Shown one piece after another: positions 38,260 through 53,647 of a stretch of 64,000 nucleotides of DNA. Numbering within the stretch: position 1 is the first letter of the stretch; each line of letters opens with the position of its first letter. The notes beneath the pieces were generated by a model. The model was not told the DNA's origin and ran no database searches. It saw only the letters and a program-made list of their open reading frames with translations. Source of the DNA: Phaeosaccion multiseriatum (taxonomy: Eukaryota; Protista; Ochrophyta, other classes). The position numbers were made by a program, and so were the translations under genes. The stretch is from the NCBI GenBank assembly GCA_965112735.1, contig OZ218951.1, forward strand, positions 5,828,001-5,892,000, read 5' to 3'.

Positions 38260-41200
38260 ATGGTGAAGAAGGTGGGCAAGTATGAGATCGGCAAGACCAT
38301 CGGGGAGGGTACCTTCGGCAAGGTGAAGATGGCAGTCAATACGGAGACGGGGGAGCGCGTGGCCATCAAGGTGCTGGACAAGAGCATCATTCAGAAGCAG
38401 AACATGGGCGCACAGGTGCGGTAGGAAGGGAAGAGAAGAGGTATATGGGCGTAAAAGCAAATGGAATAGGCAGGGAGGAGGGCTGGCAGTGGATGGCAGT
38501 GCATGGCAGTGGATTGGGGGGCTTGCGTGGTGCCACTCAGGGTCGGCTCTGCTCTGCGCTCCATGCAAGGAAGGGCCCAGTTGGAAGGGCCAAAATGGCG
38601 AGAGGGGACCAGGCTAGGCGGGCAGCCCCTGAGGCCTTGAACTCATCTCTCCCCCTTTCAGGCCTCACGCACTTGTCCGCCCGCCCCGTTGCCATACGCC
38701 TTCTGCCTTCTCTCATCTCTCCCCCTTTCCCCTGCCCCTGCCCCTGTCTGCCTCCCCCCTCAGGTCAAGCGCGAGATTTCCATCATGAAACTCGTGCGGC
38801 ACAAGTACGTTGTTCAATTGAAGGAGGTGCTGGCCAGCAGCAGCAAGATCTTCCTCGTGTGCCAGCTCATCACAGGGGGGGAGCTCTTCGACAAGATTGT
38901 GGAGAAGCAGGTGGGTGGGGAGGGGGGGAAGTGTGGAGCTGCGCGCAGGGTAGAGGTGTCTGGGTGGGGCAGGGTAGAGGTATACGGTAGGGCCGTGGGT
39001 GGACAGCCGTGCGTGTTTGCGTCTCTGTCCTCTCTGTTCTCTGCCGTATGCGCTGGCTCTGTGCTGGCCTTTTCTTGTCCCCTACTCCTCCCTTCCTCTT
39101 GTCACTCACCATGCTGTGCGGTGTCGTATCACCAATCGTTGTCCTGTCCTGTGCTGTGCTCTGCTATGCTGCAGCGCTTTACGGAGGACGAGGCCCGCTT
39201 CTACTTCCGCCAGATCGTGTGCGGCGTGCAGTACTGCCACATGAAGGGCGTCTGCCACAGAGACCTCAAGGTGCAGGGGTGGCAGTCTATGAGGAGGGGG
39301 GGGTGGCACTGGACGGGGAGGGGTGAGGTGGAGGAGGATGGCACTGGACGAGACCGAGGAGGAGGGGAGCAGGGGAGCAGGGGGAGGAGAGTACTATGTT
39401 CCATCTGATACCAACTCACCCCTGCCCTCTGCCTTTGTGCCTGCTCTGCATCCCTCTGTCTGTATGCCGCTCTACATCCCTGTCCATGTACCTCTGCCCC
39501 GCCTACCTGCCCAGCCCGAGAACATCCTTTTGGACGGCGGCGGCAACGTGAAGATCAGCGACTTTGGGCTGTCCAACCTCTACTCGGGGGGAGACGACGA
39601 GGCCCTCAAGCTGCTGCACACCACCTGCGGTGAGTCAGTCAGCCCATAGGCCGGACAGGCGTATGGGCAGGCAGGAGGGCAAGTAGGGAGGGGGGGAGGG
39701 AGGGAGGAGAGAGAAGAGAGGGAGGGAGGCCAGGAAGAAGTCAGGCAGGTAGGCAGACAGACAGACAGACAGACAGACAGACAGGCAGGCAGACAGTCTC
39801 ATGACTTGGGCTTCTCTCGTTCGCTCATTCCAGCCTCACGCACGCACGCACTCTCTCTCTCCTCCCCCACCCTCCATGACCCACTCACTCACTACCACCA
39901 CCCGCTCACTCGCTCACTCACTCACTCACTCACTCACTACCACCACCCGCTCACTCACTCACTCACTCACTCACTACCACCACCCGCTCACTCACTCACT
40001 CACTCACTCACTATCACCACCCGCTCACTCACGTGTGCCCACCCACTCAGGCACACCCAACTACGTTGCCCCTGAGGTGCTTGCGGACAAGGGCTACGAG
40101 GGCACTTTGGCCGACGTGTGGAGCATGGGGGTGATCTTGTACGTGCTGCTGGCAGGCTTCCTCCCCTTCGACGAACCCTCCATGTCCACCCTCTTTCGGA
40201 AGATCCAGGCCGCCGAGTTCTCCTACCCGCGTTGGTTCTCCGACGATGTGCGCAGCCTGATCGACGCCATCTTGGTGCCCGACCCCAAGCTTCGCATGAA
40301 CATCGATCAGGTCAAGAGCCACGCCTGGTACCTTGTGGGGGATCCCCCTGAGGACCCGCAGGACGGAGCGGATACGGGAACGGCGGGGGGAGAGAAGGGG
40401 GCGGAGGGCGCAGAGGGAGCAGAGGGAGCGGTGCAGGGGGAGCCCACGGCCATGCAGATGGAGAACGCCGTGCAGGTGAGAGTGCGGTGAGGGACAGGGG
40501 GGGGGGGGCAGTTTGAGTTTGGGTTGAGGTGGGTGGGTGGCTGATGGGTGGGTGGGAATGGCTCTCGACGTGTCTAAGAGGCCCCTTGGCTCCCAATCGT
40601 GTTGTCACATTCTCTTGTATCACTCTTGGACTTGCTTCACATTAACTTGGACTACACACACACTTTTGGTTAGTTTCGTACTCAGTTGGACTATACTTGT
40701 TTTGCGTAGTGTGGAGGCAACCAAACCTGCCTTATGCCCCGCCTTATTGCCTTATGTCAATCAAAGCCAAAGCGTACACTACTACTTCGTATCCGCACTC
40801 ACTCGCGCCAACGCTGCACACCGCACCCCAACTCCAACCACGATGGTACCCAACCACTTACAGGAGGGCGTGGAGGCGGAGAAGATGGAGGTGGACACCC
40901 CTGCGGCCCCGCCAACTGTGACCGGCATGCAGAGCATCAACGCGGCAGGCAAGCGCGGCTCCGTGCGGCTCAACACCTTCGAGACGCTGCTGCCCGCTTC
41001 GGACATCCTTACCAAGGTGGGTGGGCCGTTCATTGACTTGTGGTGCTGAGGAGGAGAACCGAAGGCAGAAGCGTTGCTTCACTCTCTGGGAAGAGCTGCT
41101 GGAGAAAAGGCACATAGGCAGGCGTGCGGGTACATGGGTAGGTTGGCATACGCAGACACTGACACTGAAACTGGACCTGCGACTGCAACAGGTGGGCGAC

Positions 41201-41692
41201 GCTTTGCAAGAGCTGGGGTGCGAGCTGCGCGTGTTCGAGGAGAGCAACAAGATCAAGAGCTGCCTGATGACGGATAGAGGCATGATCGGGGTGGTGATTC
41301 AGATCTTCATCAGTGAGCAGGAAGGAGGCGCCAACGTGGTGGAGGTGCGCAGGGGCAAGGGGGACAACCTCGAGTTCAGCAAGGTGAGTTTGAGTTGCAA
41401 CTTGCTGCAGTTGCAGTTTGAGTTTCAGGCTAGATGTAAGTTGTGGTGCCCCAGGTCCCCTCGCCCTCGCGCCACTCCTGCGCTGTGATGCAAAGGCCCC
41501 CTCTCAGGCTCTCACCGTGTGCCCCGTAAGTAACCCCCCCCCCCCCCCAACCCTCCTGCCATGCGCTGCCATCTCTCTCTCTCTCTCTCTCTTGTCCTCA
41601 AGTTCTACAAGAAGCTGATGGAGGAGAAGCTTCACGGCATGGTCCACAAGACGCCCCTGGAGAGCGAGGACATCGGGGCACAGCCCGTGTGA
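38260..41692 (+). CDS. CIPK/SnRK-like Ser/Thr kinase with C-terminal KA1-like domain, multi-exon
   Basis: Motifs [52 protein letters not shown] and [20 protein letters not shown]. The C-terminal [19 protein letters not shown] is typical of CIPKs. Confidence 0.92.
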
Positions 41693-43336
41693 GAGAATGG
41701 ATGGTAGTGGATGGATGGGGGGAGAGCGAGGACCAAGGGGAACAGCCTGTCTGAGCGAAGGAGTGAGTCGAAGGAAGGGAAAAGAGCGAAGGAGTGAGTC
41801 GAAGGAAGGGAAAAGAGTACCGCAATCTCTGCCTGCTCCGCGGAGGGGAGGGAGAGGGGAGAGGGAGTTTTTTTAGTGTTGTGTGTGGGTGCGTGCATGC
41901 GTGTGTGGATTTTGTGGATTTGGAAGGGCAGAGGAGAGGGGGGCGCTAAGCGCTGGGCAGCAGCAGCAGCAGAGGCAGCAGAGTGAGAGGGGAGTGAGCG
42001 CCATGTGGCAGCATATGGGAGATGGGGCAAGAGAGAAGAAAGAGGGAGGCCAAGTTTTGGTAGAGGCAGGGTACACCCCAGCAGAGGAGAGGGCTGGCTG
42101 GCGGGATGTGTGGCATGCCGTGTGTGTGTGTGTGCGTGCGTGTGTGCGTGCGTGCGTTGTAGGGATACTCGTGTTCCGAGAGGCGAGTATTTGCTAATTG
42201 GGGGGAGGGAAAGGAGGGGGAGGCGGAGGCAGGGGAGGCCCTGACACGACTGACACCGACCGCTCCCGATAGGGTATAGGGCCCCGTCATCGGTTGCCAT
42301 CGCTGCTTCCTTTCGGAGCGGTGAATGGCCTCGAGCCGGCATACAGTATGCAAGGAAGGAGGGGAGGGGGGGAAGGGTGGGTGGACATCACAGGGCCCAG
42401 GCTGGTGCAACGACGGTACCGAACTGAGACAGGCAGAGACTCGATACACCTGCTGGCAGATACACCTGCTGGCAGACCCGATAGGGGGGGGGGGGGAGAA
42501 GCGACGAGAGAGGAGACCAGCAGACCATTGATTGGACCATTTCGTTTTCCCTTTGGAAAGCAAAAGGCGCCCCTTCGCACCTCCGTCCCTCCGAAGTACA
42601 GCAAACAGCAAATATTATCACATTCGATTTCTCACCGCGAGGGCTCCTCTCCTTGCTCAACAAGCGCTCACTCACTCAGCCCACTATCACTCTCTATTGC
42701 AGTGGACCCCCCCCCGGCCTGTCGTGCCTCCCTCCCTCTGAAGTCAACAAATACCCCTCCCTCCCTCCCGCGTGGTGGCTGGTGCACTCCCTCACTGGGG
42801 AGAGGCGAGCGTTGCAGAGCCGCTGCCGTGCAGAAGGCGAAGGCCATAGACAGGCCATCGACAGGCCATCGACAGGTTGAAGACAGGCCGTCTTTGTGAC
42901 ATCCTGTGTCCTCCCACACCTCTCTGTTAGCTAAGCCTCTACAAGAAAGTATTCTATGCCAAGGCTCTGCAGCCTGCGCTTTCACTCAAGCAAACGCCTC
43001 CATAAGCATCAACTGAGCTGTGCTGAGGCCGCGGGTTTCCTTTCTTTTATGTCCCCTCTGTACTTGTGTAAACCAAAGCGGTGCGTCTCTGTTGCCGCGA
43101 TGAGCCCCGCCGCCCTCTCCTCTCCTCCCCTCTGTTAGGAAGGAAGGAAGAAGGCCCACCCGGGGGGTTAAAAGGCTAAAAGTAAAAAATAGTGTTCCTA
43201 TTCCATTTCTATCAACTTGTAACTTAAATTACCCCCCCCCCCCCCACTCTGCCTGCCAGTGCCTGACCCTGTCGGTCGTTGCCGATGGCAGTCGACGATC
43301 TATCGGGATTGAGAGAGCGCTGCTGGCCTATACTAT

Positions 43337-44945
43337 TTACTTCTTGACCGCCCCCCTCCTGTTCTCATATATGCTCATGAAAGTTCCTGGGGGATGGGGG
43401 GGGGTGGCAGTAAGGCAATGAATGGGTGAGGTTCGACTCCTCAGCAAGCAAGTCAACAAGTGAGCATGTGAATTAACACGTGGACGAGTAAGTCAACAAC
43501 TCACCTCCGCCCAGGATGAGCATGACGATGCTGAGGGAGAGGGCGATGTCTATCTCGTAATGGAAGTACTCGAAGGCCATCTTGGTGCCCACGAAGCCGA
43601 GCACCAGCGCCACGGCGGGCTTGAGATAAGGAAGGTCGGTGATGGCGTGGGCCACCAGGGTGTACAGCGACCGGAGGGCCGCGATGGCGAACACATTGCT
43701 CGCGAAGATGATCATGGGGTCCTTTGGGGGGGGGGGGGTGACCCAAATTTAGGTAGGAGGAGGGGGTGGGGGTGAGGGGGGAGAAGGGGAATGAGGGGGT
43801 GGGGGTGAGGGGGGAGAAGGGGAAGGAGGAGGAGGAGGAGGAGGAGGAGGAGGAGGAGGAGGAGGGGTTGAGGTTAGGTAATATTAGGAAAGAGAGGGAA
43901 GGGCGCAGAGGGTTGACGCGATGGCACTTCAGGCAGGCTACTTGACGAGTAACCGCAGCGAACAAGCCACAACTCTTGAGCGTGCGATGAAGCTTCATAC
44001 CTTGCTGACCCCCATGACGGCGGGGATGGAGTCCACCGCGAACACAAAGTCGGTGAGCTCGATGCACACGAGGCAAAGCAGCAGCGGGGTGGCTCTCTTG
44101 GCCCCGTCCTTGAAGGTGAAGAACTTCTCCTCGTCGTAATAGTCCACAGACTTGACGAAGTAGCGGCTCACCTAAGGAGGGGGGGGGGTTGAGTGCTAGT
44201 GTTGTGTGCAGCCTTGACTGGCCCATATGCCCATCATTCACACATGTGAGTGCTAGTGTCGTGGCCATGACCCACACGCCATGTACAGGATGGGAACAGA
44301 CTTCTCGAGAATGTGAGTGCTAGTGCTGTACGTAAGCAGTGTGAGTGCTAGTACTGTGTGAGCTATGCGTCACACCCGTGCCCCTCTGAGCCTCTCGCCT
44401 GCCTTGAAGGTCATGTTGTCCCTCAGCCACACCACAGCCTCTAACAAGTTGTGTCTACAAGTGCCTCTATTGCCTACCTTGAGAATCATATTGTCCCCGA
44501 GCTCGTCCTCGTGACTTTCCTTCTCCGTCAGAAGCTTCACTGACGACACAATCAGGATGGCTGGAAGCATACGGGCGGTGATGGGGAGGAGCATATGGGG
44601 TGGGTGGGTGGTGATGAGGGTGTTGATGGGTGTGTTGATGTCGGTTGGTGCTATTGCTCGGCGGTCGCATGAGGGGGAGAGACCCCGCCTTCCTTCTACA
44701 GCACCTCTCGGGCCTTGTGTACTCACCTGCAAAGAGCAGAATGACGGATCGGAAGCGCTGAATGGCCGCCACCCCCACCCCAATCATGACTGCGCGCATC
44801 CCCACAGCGCCAATGATGCCCCACGACAGCACGCGGCTCTGTCAGCACAGTAAGGCAGTGAGGGGTCAGCACAGTAAGGCAGTGAGGGGGAGGGTGTAGG
44901 AAGGGAGAGAGAGGAGGGAAAACAGGGAGAGGGGCAGAAACCCAT

Positions 44946-44976
<31 letters not shown>

Positions 44977-46094
44977 AGAAGGGAAGAAAGAAGATGGGAA
45001 ATACAGAGAGGATGTCAGAGAAGGTGAGAGAATGTGAGTCCCGAAGCAGCACTGCCATACAGCAACCCTCGTCCTCGGGCTGACTTTGCAACAAGCAGGT
45101 GTGCAGGCCCCTCCCCCACCTGCAGCTTGGCGGGAACTTTGAAGTACTCGAAGAGCAGGATGAACACGAAGAGGTTATCCACAGACAAAGACTGCTCCAC
45201 CAGGTACCCAGCGAAGAACTCGAGGGCAGACTGGCGACCGTTCACCACCAACACGCCGATGCCGAACGCCACGGCTGAGGGACGAGGGGTGGGGGGGAGT
45301 CGGGTGGGAACAATGTGGTTGGGTAGTAGTGTCGTGAGATGCGCCTGAGCCTATGCGTCGCGCCCCGGTCACACGCCTTCCCGCAGTCTCTGTCCATTTG
45401 TCTCAAACACACGTCCTGATTCGCTCTTTGTCGCTCACTCTCTGCTCTCTCCCTCCTTCACACACACATTCTCACCTGAGAGCACAACGACGACAGTCTT
45501 GAGTACCGCCGTCCTGTACTCCTTGTCCGTTGGCGGTGCCACCACCCCGTCCGGCGCTGCATTTCCACCGCCCCTCGCCATTGCCGTGCCCTGCTCCCCT
45601 GCCCCCGTCGGAATGACCCCGTCGGCCCCTGCGATTCCCCCTGCTGCCAGAGCTTCGGACTGCGACTGCAAGTCCGCCATAATATCATTCCCCATCTCCT
45701 CATCCACCCGTCCCTCCATCTGTCCTCCCTCCATCAGCCAGTTCTGCGCCTGCCCCTGCTCCTGCTCCTGCCCCTGCTCCTGCGCTGGCTCCTCTGGTGC
45801 GCCAAAGCCTCCTCCTCGCAGAGAGAGCAGCGTCCTGGATCCTCTGCTGCGTCCCAACCATGCCTCCCCCCCGATCCTCCGCTTGCCACTACCCTTGCAA
45901 AACAATGGCGAGCACGAGTGCCCCCCTGCTGCTCCTCCTCGTCCCCCTCCTCGCCCCCCTCCTCCTCCCCCTCCTGCTGCTACTGCTCCTGCCCATGTCG
46001 CTGCCTCTGCGCACGAGGAGCCGCCGTCGTTGCTAAGCAAGGACAGCCCTCCCACCGCCGCCATGCCCGCCGTCGCCTTCCATTGTCCTCGCAT
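43337..46094 (-). CDS. TERC: TerC-family integral membrane protein (thylakoid TerC-like), multi-exon
   Basis: Motifs [69 protein letters not shown] and [13 protein letters not shown], plus a long N-terminal extension. Confidence 0.92.
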
Positions 46095-46186
46095 TGCACC
46101 TACTGCCTGCGCTCTACACAGGGACGTTGGTTTGGGTGCGCAAACGTGAAGTTCTCTGTAGTCCGTATGTCTAATAGTACCGTGAA

Positions 46187-49100
46187 GTGGGGCACCTGCC
46201 CCACGAAATAATTGTTTTGGATATTTTATGGGCCATAAATGCTCGTTTTTCAAGTTTTTTATCCAATATTTTTTGGTTGTGGGGCATTCTCCCCCCCCTC
46301 CCCACGTGGAGTTTATTTCATTCACAGCATCAGCATATTTGCACAGTGCAGCTATGTAAGAGGAGCAGCGGCTGCGCGGACGATACCCGGCTGTAACAGC
46401 TGATGCCAGTGGTGGGAGGGGCATCTCCCACGTGAATTTGCAGGAGAACAGAGTATACCATGGCTGACGTCGCTGTTGCTACGGTTCCGGAAGCACCAGC
46501 AGCAGAGGGGGAAGAAGCACCGCTTACTGCAGAGCAGCAGCAGATTCAGAACCCCCGAAACAACACCATCGCCCCACGCTCGAGAAGTGGATATGCATGC
46601 GCCTCCACGATGCTGATCCGATACCTCTTCCGCAAGCACCCGGAGCTTCTGGACCCTGACTTCAGGACAGCATTTGCTCCACCGGAGGGGGAAGAGGAGG
46701 AAGACGGGGAAGATGGGGAAGAGGAGGAAGCACAGAGGAGAGCAGCAGCAGCCGCAGCAGCCGCCGCACCTGGCGGAGCGGGTGGTGCCACTGCAGCGGC
46801 ACAGCAGACGCCGGCTGAGGTGTCGAGAGCAGCGAAAGCCCAAGCAAAGGCCAAGAAGAAGGCTGAGGCGCAGTGGACGAAGCGGGTGAAGGCACACTTG
46901 ATCCAAGCACCTCGGGCGCCGCACCCTTTGCTGTTCCATCTGCTGACAGCCGACGCGTTCTTCGGGTGGCTGCTTGAAGTCAAGAAGGGGCCGAAGGGCT
47001 TATCCAAGGCCGGTGCACAGTCGAAACGCTCTGCACTCTTCAATCTGTACAGAGACTACCATCAGGAGGAGCAGCACCGCAAATTGCAAAGCGACCTTGC
47101 GACGCTCACCAAGGGGCTGAAGAGGACGATCGCAGGAGAGAAGCAGGAGGGAAATGTCGAAGTCAGAGAAGGGAAGGCTCCCATGCCGTTCGCTCTCTAC
47201 CGCGCTCTTGCCAAAGGTAAATTCCCAGCTGTGTGGAGTCAGTGGACAGTGGAAACTAGTGGAGTGGGTGGAGACAAGTGGCTGATGCATTGACTGCCCC
47301 CCACTCACTTCCTAGCCCTGACGCCGTCTTTGGTTGCCACTGTTTCCTTCGCTTGTGTACATCGCAGCAATGCTGAGCTCGGCAGTCTGTGAGAACGGGC
47401 ACAGACAGGGCGCCTTTGGCCACCCCTTCCTCGTTCTCTCCTGGAATCTGATGTGCCGCGCCACCAACTGTGTGGAGATTTGTCTCGATCATCTCGAGTG
47501 GAAGGGGGACGCGCTCTGCGTCTATTTTGGGAAGCAAAAGGGCGACCAGCTGGGAGAGAAGGCCCGACATCCTCGCCACGTCTACGCGAATCCAATCATG
47601 CCGGAGATCTGCCCCGTCCTCGCGCTTGGTGTTTACCTCCTGAGCTTTGGTTTTGAGAAGAACGCGCTGTTCGCTGGCAACAATCAGTACGATAGGTATT
47701 GCGGCTTCCTCAGACGTACGGCGGCGGCGAACTCGTCCATTTTGGAAGGCATGGGGCTGACTCCAGAGGACCTCGGCACTCATTCTGGGCGCAAGGGCGC
47801 TGCCTCGCACGTCACAAGCGGCTCGTCCGCTGCTCCCAACCCAATTGCTGTGCAACTTCGAATGGGATGGTCTCTTCCCGGCGTCCAGGGCATCTACTTC
47901 AACCCCATCAATGCAGCAGATCAGTATGTGGGCCGGGCTGCCTCCGGGGCGAACATCTCAGCGAAGGAGTTTGCATTGCTTCCTCCCTTTTTTCAGCGCC
48001 TCAAGGTGGACGGCACAGCGAAGGAGGGCATTGAAGACGTGCTCGCGGGAGCCATTGTGAGCTGCTTCAGGGACGTGCCGCTGAGATTGAGGAAGGTGGC
48101 TGAATTCTGTCTTGCCAGTGTGGTGTACCACGCCGGCTTTCTGCGCAGCACTCTTCAGGAGAATCACCCTCTTTTCACGACACAGCTCTTCCGAGATCAA
48201 AGGTTGCTGGCGGACCTTTCAGAGCATGTCGTGCTGAAGTATCCGGACGAGACGGACGAGATTTCTGCAACCGGGATTCCTCCCCACGTCGTGCAGCTGA
48301 GGCAATTCCAAGTCGTGGCGGACAGCGTGGCCTCTCTAGGCGGCAAGCTTGAGGTGTTGGGCCAGACGATCAAGGTCGACTTGGAGACGCTGATCCGTGA
48401 CGTTCTGGAGGAGAATGCACAGGCCTCTGGCACTGTCACCAGTCTGGGTGTGAGCAGGGCCCTGCAGACGACCCTCGACGCAGCCTTTTCTAAGAGTGGG
48501 CTCAGCGACCTTCTCGCGGCTCACCAGGCAGGCACTCTGGGCCTTGGTGAGGGTTCGAGCAGCGCCCCGCCCTCTTCTTCTTCTTGTGCAGGTGCAGATC
48601 AGCCACCTCTGTATCTCTACAACGGCCGGTGGCATACCCTTCCCGAGCACTTTGAGGTCCCTAGCTTCACTGTGCGCGCTGCTTGGGATGCTTGGATGAC
48701 AGGCACTCCTCGCCTTCGAGAATTCACGACAGCAGACGTGCAGGGGAGGGCGGAGAAGCGAAGGATGTCAAAATTTTGCTGTTTGATGGGTGCGATTGAA
48801 TCCGCGGCGAAAGAAAAGGGGCTCTGGAAGGACAAGCCGACGCTTGAAGAAGCGCGAAGCATGTTTGACGCAGTCAAAGACGCCTTTGACATCAAGTCTC
48901 GTTCTGATTCTCACAAGCGCCGCTTCAATCAGCTGGTGTGGACCACCGTGTATATTTTATGGAGCGCGCAGCAGGCGGACGCGAAAAAACGGGCGAAGCG
49001 GGCGAGGGCGAAGGAAAGTGGCACTGGTGCAGACGAGTCGAAGGAGGGGGATGGAGGTGATAGCGGTGCAGAGGACGACGAGGAGGGAGGTGGCAGCAGC

Positions 49101-49742
49101 AATGCTGCTGCTGCTGCTGCTGCTGCAACAGGAGGAGGCGGAGCCGGAGGAGGACGAGGAGGAAGGGGTGGGGGAAGGGGGGCCCAAAAAAAACAGCGTA
49201 CTGGTACTGGTACTGCTTCTGATGCTGCTTCTGCTGCTGCCTCTGATGCGGCCGCTGCGGCCGCTACTGCCGCTGCTGCCGCGTCAGCAGCGCCGTCGTT
49301 GGGCGGCTTGAGAGAGGGAGACATGGCCTTCACATGCTCGTATGGCTGTACTAAGCCCTCGCAAGTCAAGCTGTTCCTCTGCCCATCCGAAAGAGCGTGT
49401 GGAAACCTCGTGCACCACATGTGCACCGTCGAGTTTTGCGACAGCAAGGGTTTTGTGGAAGGCGATTTTGACTACTACTGTAAGCCATGCATGATTGAGG
49501 ACGGACACTAAGTGTGTCTGTAAATATGAATACCATTGTTATCGTGGTAATACCATTATATCGTCATATCATAGCGTAGTATATTTTCCCCTGTAGCAGG
49601 GGCAGACACACACACAAAAAAAGGAGGGGGGGGGGAAGGGGCGCTACTGGTCCATATTGGGTACTGTACTAAAAATACCCACTTTTAAAAAAATTGGGTA
49701 CTAAAAATACCCACTTTCACCGAGTGGGGCATCTCGCCCCAC
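46187..49742 (+). mobile_element. Crypton-type tyrosine-recombinase DNA transposon (ends approximate)
   Basis: Single YR gene with AT-rich flanks, bracketed by related palindromes GTGGGGCACCTGCCCCAC (46187-46204) and GTGGGGCATCTCGCCCCAC (49724-49742). Confidence 0.7.
46460..49511 (+). CDS. Tyrosine recombinase with GCR1_C-like domain and C-terminal Cys/His finger (about 966 aa; intron 47217-47367)
   Basis: Candidate catalytic residues lie in WNLMCRATN (R), GTHSGRKG (HxxR), RMGWS (W) and QGIYF (Y). RHVYANP..PEICPVLAL and LPEHFEVPSFTVRAAWDAW resemble Crypton proteins. The spliced length of 2901 nt is open. Confidence 0.88.
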
Positions 49743-49947
49743 CAAAACCGGTCATCAATAGATTATTTTTTTGCGTTCGTTGTGAAATCGATCATGTCGA
49801 TATTCAATCCCGAGGGGCGAAAATATCGAGGTCAGGGCGAAAGCAGCCGCGATTGAGTTAGAGAGAGACCACCCAACACACAGGAGCTGAACTGGGAGCA
49901 TTGGATACGTTGGGGGTGCATAGAAGAAGGGAGGAAGCGCGTCAAGC

Positions 49948-52285
<2,338 letters not shown>

Positions 52286-53200
52286 ATGATTAGCACCACA
52301 CATCTCACACTCCCCCTGTTTCCTCATCTTTGCTTGAGATGGCGCGAGGGGCTCCTGTGACGGACGGCCGTACCCTGCAAAGGACATGCAGAATGAAGAG
52401 GAGGGCAGAGGCCGCTTCCACTTCCCTTTATAAATAGAGCTCGATATTGGAATTATTGGAATATTAAATTTGAATTTTTGAATTCTCTCAATTTTTTTTT
52501 TCTTCCCTTTTCCTCCACATCATGCCTCACTTCTGTGAATTTCGCGACGACTCTCAACTTAAGGACTGGAAAAATGTATGGAAACGAAGGGGAACCCCGC
52601 TCCGCAGCGTATACCCACTCAAAAGCGGAGAGATCACTAGTTCTATACAAATTTCAAGTCAAAATCGAAAAGTTTTCCGGGGTCACCGTTCTCGACGACT
52701 CGGGCCCAAAAAATCTGGAAACTGTACGAAACGTCCACCCCTTATGTATGGAAACTTGCCAGATGGCCCCAAAAACCCAATTTTTTCGAAACGGTTACAT
52801 GATTCACACCGGGGATAAAGAATGCGTGATCGACTTAAGCAAGTTGGGTATATATATTTCTGTCCTTATTTTCCAAGTGATGGGGGTGTAGTATACCTTG
52901 CGCCGACAGAAAAAAGGTACCCAACTATGGCCACTTGAAAGCGAAACAGTTTCATTTCAGAAACGAAAATCTCTGCGTGTGCACAACGAACCCATGGAAA
53001 ACGGCCATAACATCCACATCGCTACTTCGAGCGAAGCAAAGAAGAATGATCATCGCATATGTACCGAAGAGGGGTGTTCAAAGGGGGGAAGGAAGAAAGA
53101 AGGAGAGTTACAGTACCGGAACAATCGAAAGTCCCCAAAATCCATACCTTTTTCCGTCCTCACCCCCCCCCTTCTTCCTGTATTTCCTCACCTTCCCAGA

Positions 53201-53647
53201 GTAACCTGGGACCAGTGCATGGTCATGCTTAGGCTGAATGATCTCGAATAGGTTTCTCCTTCTGAAAGAAGGAGACGCGTGGAGAAGAGACATCATGCAA
53301 GTGGGGCAACACCATTAGCGATGACGGTAGAGATAGGCTGTGTGTCCGGTGTGACCCACTTACTTGATAATGATGCGGACATCGATGCTGCTGACTACCA
53401 AGGAGTAACTCCACTCATGCAAGCAGTTGATGAGAAGGATGTGGGACTTGTCCGCGTCCTTCCCAAGAGGCGTGCGAATACGGGGTTGGTCGCCAACGAC
53501 GGACGTCAAGTCATTCACATGATATGTGAGAGCAAGCACGTCAACGTGTTTCCTATTCTCAAGGCGCTTTTCGTCTTTGGTGCCGATGTCTACGCGGTGG
53601 GGAGATGGTGGGGTGGTTGGCAGTGTCTGCTTCGTGCTGGGTCTTGA
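53201..53647 (+). pseudogene. Ankyrin-repeat fragment
   Basis: Motifs GATPLAM..G, GVTPLMQAV and GRQVIHM...GADVYA. An in-frame TAG (53249-53251) lies just upstream and there is no convincing start. Confidence 0.6.
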
